Below are positions 12,787-21,729 of a stretch of DNA of 32,000 nucleotides, one piece after another. The stretch is from Mycoplasmoides pneumoniae FH. GTDB lineage: Bacteria > Bacillota_I > Bacilli_A > Mycoplasmatales > Mycoplasmoidaceae. The stretch lies in NCBI RefSeq assembly GCF_001272835.1, contig NZ_CP010546.1:150803-182802 (forward strand), given 5' to 3'. Below the pieces are notes generated by a model, which saw only the letters and a list, made by a program, of their open reading frames with translations, did no database searches and was not told the DNA's origin. The number at the start of each line of letters is the position of its first letter. Position 1 is the stretch's first letter. Made by a program: the position numbers and the translations under genes.

Positions 12787-13258
12787 AGTATTAGTGTTAT
12801 CAGACACCCATGGCTATAACGATAGGTGACTAGCCGTTATGAAGTTGCACAACCCTGATGTAGTAATTCATGCTGGTGATCATTTAACTACTAAAAAGTT
12901 TATGGATCAAAATGCCACTTTTTGGGTTGCTGGTAATCATGATGTTGTTGGCGAAGAGATTCAAATGTTTGAGTTAGAGGGAATCCAGTTTGTTTTAATG
13001 CACGGCCATCAAGCGCCCCGTCATGATCTCAAGCAGTGGTATAAAATGCTGGTTGATCAAGCTAAAAGCTATCTTTGTGATGTTTTAATTGTGGGTCACA
13101 GTCACATAGAGCACTATGAAACTATTGATGGGATCCAGGTTATTAACCCCGGTTCTCTAGAAATTCCCCGTAATCCGAGAAAGCTACCTACCTACTGTAA
13201 TTTAAACTTAAGTCAGGGCAGGATAAGTGATTTAACGTTCCATTTTCCTCGGGATTAA
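12779..13258 (+). CDS. MJ0936/YfcE-type metallophosphodiesterase (159 aa)
   Basis: MTKVLVLSDTHGYNDRWLAVMKLHNPDVVIHAGDH...GNHDVVG...VLIVGHSHIEHYE...INPGS; overlaps uvrC end by 8 nt; track start (12839) is too late because of UGA. Confidence 0.92.
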
Positions 13259-13299
13259 GTCAAATAAATAAAAAAAGCCATCTACCTAACAAGCAGAAG

Positions 13300-13320
13300 G
13301 CTAAAAAATACTTTTTTAGC
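13300..13320. terminator. Perfect inverted repeat, candidate bidirectional terminator
   Basis: GCTAAAAAA-TAC-TTTTTTAGC, shortly after the phosphodiesterase stop codon. Confidence 0.45.
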
Positions 13321-13648
13321 GATATTGAAATTAACAGAAAGATCTGTTAGCAAATGTAAGGAACAAGCTTATGCAAACTTTCAATATGTGACGTGTTGAA
13401 AAACCTTTAAGAGTATGCATCAATTGGGAGTAGGAAAGCAGGCTTTCAACACAAGTTTTCGTTTTCCTGCTCCCACTAAATAAATTGGGAAAGGTTTTCA
13501 AAGTCGCCAAAAAGATTAAATATTTTTGGAATTTTGAATTTTTAGTTGCTTCTAATTGTTAATAGAGATTTACTTTCAAAAAAACTTTTTGGTTTATTTT
13601 TGGTGTCTTTACTAACTTAAAGCAATTTAGTTAGTGTAAAGACTCATA

Positions 13649-14464
13649 ATGTTTAAATTAAAAATTAACAACTTCCAATTAGGTTTCAAACTCGTTCAGT
13701 GACCAGTGACGAACCACCTTCTTAAACATTTTTACGTTTTTCCAATCAATAATAAAGGAGGTCTTGCCATTAAACGCATAATTTCACTTGCTTTGTTTAA
13801 GAAAAGACTTAACAAAGATAAGATTAATAATTGTCATGTTTGGGAAGAAGAGTTACCTGATGGTAGCTACGACATGGGATTTAATGGCAATTTCAACCAT
13901 ATGGAAAAACGAAAAAGTGGTTATGTTACCCAAAAGCAGTTTAGCGAGTTCAAAGATGCCAACAATCAGCGTCTCATAAAGATTGAAACTACTTTGGCTA
14001 TCCAAGGCGAACAAATCAACAAATTGACTCAAACTGTTGAAAAGCAAGGCGAACAAATCAATCAATTAGTTCAAGTTGTGCTTCTTCAGGGCGAGCAAAT
14101 TAGAGAACTTCAAGTGGAGCAAAAAGCACAAAGACAAGAGTTTAATGCCCGCATGGATCGTTTGGAAAATCTTTTGGTGGAAAGTATAGAATCTACCAAT
14201 AATCGCTTCGACTCTATGGAAAGACGTTTAGACTCTATGGATAGTCGTCTTGATTCTATGGAAAATCGCTTGGTTTCAATGGAAAGCCGTCTTGATTCTA
14301 TGGAAAATCGCTTAGATTCAATGGAAGGTCGTCTTGATTCTATGGAAAATCGCTTAGATTCAATGGAAGGTTGTCTTGATTTTGTTGAAGGACGCTTAGA
14401 CTCTATGGAAACTCGTTTAGACTCTATGGAAACTCGCCTGGACAAAGTCGATCCGCCCAAATAG
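13649..14464 (+). CDS. DUF16-family (RepMP1) coiled-coil protein, with an N-terminal extension that appears to be a fused leader peptide
   Basis: [44 protein letters not shown]... continuing to heptads LDSMENR and C-terminal LDKVDPPK; shared organisation with minus-strand genes at 25981 and 26793. Confidence 0.75.
14206..14445 (+). repeat. Tandem 21-nt (7-aa) imperfect repeats encoding [14 protein letters not shown]-type heptads, about 10-11 units
   Basis: Visible tandem: [70 protein letters not shown]. Confidence 0.9.
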
Positions 14465-14485
14465 TTTTTAGTTAAAAAATAAGGG

Positions 14486-14525
14486 TATCAGCAGTTAATC
14501 TTAAAGATTAGTTGCTGGTATTTTT
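14486..14525 (+). terminator. Hairpin plus T-run downstream of DUF16 gene
   Basis: TATCAGCAGTTAATCTTAAAGATTAGTTGCTGGTA followed by TTTTTA; stem includes G.U pairs. Confidence 0.6.
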
Positions 14526-14611
14526 ATTCATTTAATGCTTTCTAAAAACTTTTTGTCAATTTTGTTGGCACTTCTAAATTGCTAGTTCAATTTATTAAGT
14601 GGAGGAGCAAA

Positions 14612-14728
14612 ATGCAAATCTTTAATTTTTGAAATTGATCAGTAAAAAATCTGATCACCGTTGGTAGCATTGCTGCAAATAGTAGTTATGTAATTTGCAA
14701 ACAGAAAGGAATTTTTCAATATGAGTAA
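14612..14728 (+). CDS. Small upstream ORF (38 aa) overlapping start of downstream gene; two UGA Trp codons
   Basis: GTGGAGGAGCAAAATG; MQIFNFWNWSVKNLITVGSIAANSSYVICKQKGIFQYE; homologous copies at 18135 (+) and 26672 (-) have identical length. Confidence 0.55.
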
Positions 14729-15002
14729 TACAAAAAAATTAAGAATAACTTCAATCGAAGAAACAATAGAAATAATAGTTAATTCAAAACTATTAGCTTT
14801 TGGTTTTTACCCAGTTGGTTTAGAAGATGGAACTTACGAACTTAATGTAAGGATTATTTTTAAAGAAAAAACTGCAGATTCTGAGAAGAGTAGCAGTGTA
14901 CATCCTTTACAAAAGGAGTATTATGTAAGGGAATTTTTGAGATTTCTTGAGCGCCATAAAGATTCTCTGGCGCAACAACTATTAGTAGTAGAAGACAATT
15001 AA
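14721..15002 (+). CDS. Hypothetical protein, 93 aa
   Basis: Open frame with upstream AAAGGA; weak similarity to the product at 18254-18460 (...DGTYELNVRIIFKEKTADSEK vs ...DGTCEFIMKIKTVNEVADTET). Confidence 0.6.
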   Translation: MSNTKKLRITSIEETIEIIVNSKLLAFGFYPVGLEDGTYELNVRIIFKEKTADSEKSSSVHPLQKEYYVREFLRFLERHKDSLAQQLLVVEDN

Positions 15003-16136
15003 ATGATTTCTCCCAAACTGGATTGACTCATCCTCACCGCCACCGCCTCCCTCGCGGCGGGACTCACCGTAGTGGGACACTTCACAAGTACCACCACGAC
15101 GCTCAAGCGCCAGCAATTTAGCTACACCCGCCCTGACGAGGTCGCGCTGCGCCACACCAATGCCATCAACCCGCGCTTAACCCCGTGAACGTATCGTAAC
15201 ACGAGCTTTTCCTCCCTCCCCCTCACGGGTGAAAACCCCGGGGCGTGGGCCTTAGTGCGCGACAACAGCGCTAAGGGCATCACTGCCGGCAGTGGCAGTC
15301 AACAAACCACGTATGAACCTGCGCGAACCGAAGCGGCTTTGACCGCATCAACCACCTTTGCGTTACGCCGGTATGACCTCGCCGGGCGCGCCTTATACGA
15401 CCTCGACTTTTCGAAGTTAAACCCACAAACGCCCACGCGCGACCAAACCGGGCAGATCACCTTTAACCCCTTTGGCGGCTTTGGTTTGAGTGGGGCTGCA
15501 CCCCAACAGTGAAACGAGGTCAAAAACAAGGTCCCCGTCGAGGTGGCGCAAGACCCCTCCAATCCCTACCGGTTTGCCGTTTTACTCGTGCCGCGCAGCG
15601 TGGTGTACTATGAGCAGTTGCAAAGGGAGTTGGGCTTACCACAGCAGCGAACCGAGAATGGTCAAAATACTTCCACCACCGGGGCAATGTTTGGCTTGAA
15701 GGTGAAGAACGCCGAGGCGGACACCGCGAAGAGCAATGAAAAACTCCAGGGCGCTGAGGCCACTGGTTCTTCAACCACATCTGGATCTGGCCAATCCACC
15801 CAACGTGGGGGTTCGTCAGGGGACACCAAAGTCAAGGCGTTGCAGGTGGCGGTGAAAAAGAAATCCGGGAGTCAGGGCAACTCCGGTGACCAAGGCACCG
15901 AACAGGTGGAACTTGAATCTAATGATTTAGCCAACGCCCCGATTAAACGGGGCTCCAATCCAGCAAGTCCAACTCAAGGCAGCCGACTTCGGCACCACCC
16001 CATCCAGTTCGGAATCTGGTCAATCAGGCACCCCCACCCCCTGAAGGCCGTGGCTTGCGACCGAGCAAATTCACAAGGACCTCCCCAAATGATCCGCCTC
16101 GATCCTCATTCTGTACGATGCGCCTTATGCCTTTAA
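15003..16136 (+). CDS. P1-adhesin N-terminal paralogue (RepMP4-type repeat) with an uninterrupted ORF (377 aa, code 4); out of P1 frame after about 15960
   Basis: [51 protein letters not shown]... nearly identical to P1 at 28561-29690; 5-nt deletion relative to P1 at TCCAAT(aacaa)CCAGCAAG. Confidence 0.7.
15019..16128 (+). repeat. Dispersed repeat copy of the P1 5' region (RepMP4-like), homologous to about 28560-29686
   Basis: Long near-identical stretches with an internal divergent block (15622-15800 vs 29162-29340). Confidence 0.92.
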
Positions 16137-16298
16137 TTGCTCTTGTTAATTTAGTTAAGTTTTTGTTTGCACAAAATTAAATTTTCTGTTTAATTAACTA
16201 TCAATATTTTGCTGCTTTAAAATTTAAAGCAACTTTTAAACAGTAAGTTGTATCTTTTCACAAAGATTTAGTTCGATAAATTATTGGTAACAAGAGGG

Positions 16299-17290
16299 AT
16301 GGAAACAACCGCAAAAAGTATTGATTGCAAAGAATTAGGCCTTTCTGTAACGACGAAGCAACAACTGCATAAATTAACACTTGCTACTATTTGACTTTGG
16401 GATTCTTTGTTTTTTGTTTTCTCTTACTTTTGTTTATAACGCTTACTTATACGATCTATTTTGAGCAACACATTTTGGGAAGTGATAAACCACTTCCTTT
16501 TTGGTGATACATTAAAAATCATGTGGTTCCCACCTTTGGCGTCTTAACTTTAGCTTGTTGGTGTGCGTTGATTGGGATTAACTTTTGGGTTTACAAACAC
16601 ACTTCACAAACAGAGCTGTTTCACAAATCAATTAGGTGACTTAAATGAGGTATTTTATTACCGCAAATTGCGCTAGCTAACTCCCTTTTCATTAGACAGA
16701 AACTAAGGCTAATGGAAGGCGAAGAACAGTTGAATAACAACAAAATAGAACAGAAACTAAAAGCTTTATTTATTAGTTTCTTTACTATTTGAGCAGTACA
16801 ATTGCTTTTAGGTTTTTTCTTTTGGTTGCCGGTCTATGGTCTCTTTTTTTGATATATATACCAAAGCATCGATTGTAGAAGCTGTACGTTTTTCTTTTTT
16901 GAATACCTTTCAATTAAAGGAACTTGGTTTACCGATTAAAGAAATTGCTGTACCATTAGGCACATTAGTCTTTCTTTTTGTTGTTATTATTACCTTAATT
17001 CCGTTGTTAATTATTGGTAATTTAATTTGGACTAACTTGCGTTTAATAGAACGGGAAAATACACAGCAGTACCAACTCGTTTTTGGTTACAGTTTGATAG
17101 TTAGTGATATTGTTGGTTTTGCTATTGTTTTCTTCGGTGCCATTTTAGGTACAAATTTAAAAAGTGTTGAATTATTCATAGCATTGGGTTGAATGATGAT
17201 GTTAGGATCATTAATTGCATTGGGCACTACTGTTAACTTAGTGAGCTCAATTTATCTCTACATAAAACTAGCATTGAAGAGATAGACACA
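16299..17290 (+). pseudogene. Multi-membrane-span protein gene split over two frames (16299-16439; about 16360-16939; 16836-17290) and truncated by a P1 repeat
   Basis: Frame-1 METTAKSIDCKELGLSVTTKQQLHKLTLATIWLWDSLFFVFSYF, then hydrophobic ...YIKNHVVPTFGVLTLACWCALIGINFWVYKHTS..., then ...AVPLGTLVFLFVVIITLIPLLIIGNLIWTNLRLI... Confidence 0.55.
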
Positions 17291-17916
17291 CTTCTCCCCC
17301 ACGCTCACGCGCTTCTCCACCGGGTTCAACCTCGCGGGGTCGGTTCTCGACTAGGTGTTGGATTATGTGCCCTGGATTGGGAATGGGTACAGGTATGGGA
17401 ATAACCACCGGGGCGTGGATGATATAACCGCGCCTAAAACCGGCGCGGGGTCGTCCAGCGGAACTAGTACGAACACAAGTGGTTCGCGTTCCTTTCTCCC
17501 GACGTTCTCGAATGTCGGCGTTGGCCTCAAAGCCAACGTCCAAGCCACGCTTGGTGGCAGTCAGAAGACGACTACAGGCGGCTCCAAATGACCCACCCTC
17601 GACCAAGCCAACCTCCTGCTCTGAACCGGCGCGGGGTGAAGGAATGATAAGAACGGACAAAGTGACGAAAACCACACCACCTTTAAAAGCGCTACGGGCA
17701 GTGGCCAGCAGGGTGGTTCTTCAGGTACAAATACCTCAGCGGGGAATCCCGACTCGTTAAAGCAGGATAAAATCACCAAGGAAAGCTCGGGTAACCTCAA
17801 AACGGAGGACGGCGCTGCCAACTCTAACGAAAACAAAGACAACACTAATTATCAAAATTTACCCGCTTATGGGAAAGTTAGTGGGTGGATAACACCTGAT
17901 TATTAATAGGCTTTTT
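17291..17916 (+). repeat. Partial RepMP2/3-like copy of the P1 middle region, internally deleted and with an in-frame TAG
   Basis: CACTTCTCCCCCACG...GTGTTGGATTATGTGCCCTGGATTGGGAATGGG matches P1 from 30877; GACTAGGTG replaces GACCAGGTG near 17347; joins ...[14 protein letters not shown]. Confidence 0.88.
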
Positions 17917-18134
17917 ACTTTCCAAAAGTTTTAAAGTTGTTTTGGCACTTTCAAACTTTAAAGACCATTTAAAAGGCATAAAAGGATAGTTATGTCTTTA
18001 AGAAATATTTTGCGATTCAGTTCGCTTTTGGTTTTATTTGGTTTTGAGTCTTTTCTAGTTAATGCTCAAATCTTTTTGCAAAGTTTGTTGTCACTTCTAA
18101 ATAACCTACTCAATGTATTTAGTGGAGGAACAAA

Positions 18135-18251
18135 ATGCAAATCTTTAATTTTTGAAATTGATCAGCAAAGCGTCTGATCCCTGTTGGCAACCGAGTTGCA
18201 AGTGTTAGTTATTTTTTAAAAAATCAAAAGAAAAAAGAAAGGAACATTTAA
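18135..18251 (+). CDS. Small upstream ORF (38 aa), homologue of 14612-14728
   Basis: AGTGGAGGAACAAAATG; MQIFNFWNWSAKRLIPVGNRVASVSYFLKNQKKKERNI; stop lies 2 nt before ATG of 18254 gene. Confidence 0.55.
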
Positions 18252-18253
18252 AC

Positions 18254-18460
18254 ATGAAAAAAGTTAAAGCATTAAGGAATCTTTTTTTAGAAAAAGCCAG
18301 TGAAAAACTTGAATACCCCAAAATTGCTTCAATGGTAGCTTACTTTGATCCAAAGGAAGATGGTACTTGTGAATTCATTATGAAAATTAAAACTGTCAAT
18401 GAAGTTGCTGACACTGAGACGACAAATAAGGAAAAGCCTTTAGGCACTTGAAAGAGTTAG
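18254..18460 (+). CDS. Hypothetical protein, 68 aa
   Basis: MKKVKALRNLFLEKASEKLEYPKIASMVAYFDPKEDGTCEFIMKIKTVNEVADTETTNKEKPLGTWKS; AAAGGA upstream. Confidence 0.55.
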
Positions 18461-18490
18461 TTGATTTTTTGGTCTAAAAAGACATAAATT

Positions 18491-18530
18491 TACCAACAGT
18501 AAGTGTTAAAACTTGCTGTTGGTATTTTTA
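18491..18530 (+). terminator. Strong hairpin plus T-run
   Basis: TACCAACAGTAAG-TGTTAAAA-CTTGCTGTTGGTA-TTTTTA; 13-bp stem with one T.G. Confidence 0.75.
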
Positions 18531-18531
18531 T

Positions 18532-20298
18532 TCCCCCACGCTTTCCCGCTTCTCCACCGGGTTCAACCTCGCGGGGGCACTCCTCGACCAGGTGTTGGAT
18601 TATGTGCCCTGGATTGGGAATGGGTACAGGTATGGGAATAACCACCGGGGGAGCAACAGTAGTACGAGTGGGGTAACGACCCAGGGACAATCCCAAAATG
18701 CATCCAGTAACGAACCCGCACCGACGTTTTCGAATGTCGGCGTTGGTCTCAAAGCCAATGTCAACGGCACCTTAAGTGGTTCGCGAACTACGCCTAATCA
18801 GCAAGGCACTCCCTGGTTAACCCTCGACCAAGCCAACCTCCAGCTCTGAACGGGCGCGGGGTGAAGGAATGATAAGAACGGACAAAGTGACGAAAACTAC
18901 ACCAATTTCGCGAGTGCTACGGGCAGTACGAACCAGCAGGGTTCAACAACGGGTGGATCAGCGGGCAACCCCGACTCGTTAAAGCAGGATAAGGCTGATA
19001 AAAGTGGTGATTCGGTAACGGTTGCAGAAGCCACATCGGGCGACAACTTGACGAATTACACCAACCTCCCCCCAACCTCACCCCCACATCCGACTGACCG
19101 AACGCGCTGTCATTCACCAACAAGAACAACGCCCAGCGGGTGCAGCTGTTCCTGCGCGGCCTGTTGGGCAGCATCCCGGTGTTGGTCAATAAGAGTGGGC
19201 AAGATGATAACAGTAAGTTTAATTCCACCGACCAAAAATGGTCTTACACCGAATTAAAGTCGGATCAAACCAAGCTCAACCTCCCCGCTTATGGTGAGGT
19301 GAATGGATTGTTGAATCCGGCGTTGGTGGAAACCTATTTTGGGACGACGCTTACGTCTAGCACTGCGAACCAAAACAGTACAACCGTCCCCAGTATCGGT
19401 TTTAAAATTCCCGAACAAAATAATGATTCAAAGGCTGTGCTGATCACCCCCGGGTTGGCTTGAACGCCCCAGGACGTCGGTAACCTCGTTGTCAGTGGTA
19501 CCAGCTTGAGCTTCCAGCTCGGCGGGTGGTTAGTTACGGTTCACGGACTTTATCAAACCCCGCGCGGGTTATTTGGGCCTCCAGTTAAGTGGCCTGGATG
19601 CCAGTGACAGCGACCAAAGGGAGTTAATTTGGGCCAAGCGGCCCTGAGCGGCATTTCGTGGCAGTTGGGTCAACCGGTTGGGACGGGTCGAGAGTGTGTG
19701 GGATTTGAAGGGGGTGTGGGCGGATCAAGCTCACAGCGCGGTGTCCGAGTCGCAAGCAGCTACAAGTAGTACCACCACCACCGCAACAGGGGACACCTTA
19801 CCGGAGCACCCGAATGCCCTCGCGTACCAAATTAGCTCCACCGACAAGGATTCGTACAAGGCTTCCACTCAAGGCTCCGGTCAAACCAATTCCCAAAACA
19901 CCTCCCCCTACCTGCATTTGATTAAACCTAAAAAAGTTACTGCTTCCGACAAGTTAGACGACGATCTTAAAAACCTGTTGGACCCCAACGAGGTTCGGGT
20001 GAAGCTGCGCCAAAGCTTTGGTACAGACCATTCCACCCAACCCCAACCCCAAGCCCTCAAAACAACGACACCGGTGTTTGGGACGAATAGTGGTAACCTC
20101 GGTAGTGTGCTTAGTGGTGGGGGTACCACGCAGGACTCAAGCACCACCAATCAACTGTCACCCGTTGAACGGGTGAGTGGGTGGCTTGTGGGGCAGTTAC
20201 CAAGCACGAGTGACGGAAACACCTCCTCCACCAACAACCTCGCGCCTAATACTAATACGGGGAATGAGGTGGTGGGGGTGGGAGATTTGTCTAAGCGA
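18532..20298 (+). repeat. Near-full-length RepMP2/3-like copy of the P1 middle/3' region
   Basis: Matches P1 from about 30881 to the window end and continues with P1-like [15 protein letters not shown]...[14 protein letters not shown]; frameshift near 19538 (TTACGGTTCACG vs TTACGTTCACG). Confidence 0.9.
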
Positions 20299-20533
20299 GC
20301 TTCCATTGAATCAAGTCGTTTGTGAATAGCATTAAAACCTTAGCTAACGCTAACTTTGGGCGATTTAATCCACTTAGTTTTGAACTCCTTAAATTTGTGT
20401 TTTTCTTGACTTTGCTAAAAAAACAATTCAAAGAGGCTTGCAATGAACAGGTCAGCACTGCTAAATTGGTGAGTGCAAGAACTAAATAAAAGTAATTATT
20501 TTGTAATTTTTCGGCGGTCTTGCCATACATCAA
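20291..20533 (-). CDS. Short ORF of uncertain reality
   Basis: [34 protein letters not shown]...; open frame only. Confidence 0.2.
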   Translation of the reverse strand: MMYGKTAEKLQNNYFYLVLALTNLAVLTCSLQASLNCFFSKVKKNTNLRSSKLSGLNRPKLALAKVLMLFTNDLIQWKLA

Positions 20534-20800
20534 TTAAATGCTTGATCAAAACCAAGGTGTCAAAATTTAGTGCACAATTGCTAAGAGCGCCTGTATATTT
20601 AGAGTAAAACTACTTAAATTGCTAAAAATTAACCGTTTTTGAATTAGTTTTAGGGTCAAAATTAGGCCAATTTCCCGCTTTCTTTTTTTAAAAAATCTCT
20701 ACTTTTTACCCCCTAAATAACCTAACAACTACACAATTAATTCCCAATTAATGTAAATTTATCTAAATTGTTCACCGTAGTTAGTTCAATTTAGGTAAAG

Positions 20801-21706
20801 ATGAAAGGGTTTTCTTGCTCCAGACCGGGCTATCTTACTGGTCTCTTGCTCCTCGCTGTAGCCCCTATTCTCACTGCTTGTACCCGCGACTATACTACCA
20901 AGAACGAATTTCAATTAACAACAGCTCAACAGGCCAAATTAAAGCCAGCCACCATCGAATATTGGCGTGATGGTGATACGCCTGAGATCAATTACGCAAG
21001 CGAAGAGCGCCGAAAGGAAGCTGAACAAAAATCTAAAGAAAACGCTAAGAAAGAAGACAAAAAAGAGGAAAAGAAAACTGAAGATTCCCAAGATTCTTCT
21101 TCTGCATCCACGCAAGTTCGTAGTAGTAAACACGGTCTCCGCATCTATGGAATAGATACACCCGAAAAACATGTAAGTAGCAAAGGCGATAGCACCGGTG
21201 ATGAAAAAATCGAAGCCGAAAAGGCCTCTAACTATGCTGAAAAGCTAATCCCTAAAGGCAGTACTGTTTGGGTTTGATCACTCAACACTTACAGCTATGA
21301 TCGTGAAGTGGGCGCTTTATTCTTTAAGTCTAACCCTAAGCAAACCTTCTTCCAATCCTTTGAAGTAGCTATGGTTGAGGCTGGTCATGCTATTCCAATT
21401 GCTGGGACTGGTTTAAATTTAATCGCTGATCCGGAATTAAGTGCTGATGATCCTTTAAGTGTCATTGGTCTACAGTTAGCCAACGCTGCCAATAAGGCTT
21501 ACAACGCTAAAATTAACATTTGGAGCCATGACACTGATGGTTATCGTTCCTTGACTGCTGTTTACAAGTTAAGGGGCGCTGATATTAGTTGAACCCGTTT
21601 CCTAGATGAAGCCAATGGATATTCCTCTGCTAGTGCTGGAACCGGTGCTAGTTTGTACCAACTCTGAGATCAACGTCAAGCCAAATTAGCCCAAAAGGGT
21701 AGTTAA
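20801..21706 (+). CDS. Lipoprotein with staphylococcal-nuclease-like domain (301 aa)
   Basis: Lipobox-type signal LLLAVAPILTAC; IEYWRDGDTPEI, LRIYGIDTPEKH, ...ALFFKSNPKQTFFQSFEVAMVEAGHA; joined across UGA codons. Confidence 0.88.
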
Positions 21707-21729
21707 TGAAAGCAGTTTAAATCAGCAAT

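Noticed and set aside
14110-14460. Minus-strand 116-aa ORF and regularly spaced 21-nt repeats that could be mistaken for a CRISPR-like array or a separate gene
   Set aside because: Repeats are contiguous with no spacers and encode in-frame heptads on the plus strand; antisense ORF mirrors the repeat. No cas genes anywhere.
17992-18177. 61-aa plus ORF MSLRNILRFSSLLVLFGFESFLVNAQIFLQSLLS... with a signal-like N-terminus
   Set aside because: Its 3' part overlaps the conserved leader region in another frame and the frame is not kept in the homologous 14.5 kb leader (in-frame stop); kept only as a weak possibility.
17268-20150. Antisense ORFs in the P1 repeat copies (17268-17675, 17561-17845, 18490-18696, 18917-19228, 19908-20150)
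   Set aside because: Shadow frames of high-GC P1 coding sequence; the same antisense ORFs recur opposite true P1 (30841-31394).
15003-20330. Interpretation of the P1 copies as an insertion sequence or prophage remnant
   Set aside because: No transposase, integrase, terminal inverted repeats or target duplications visible; sequence is explained as dispersed copies of P1 segments.
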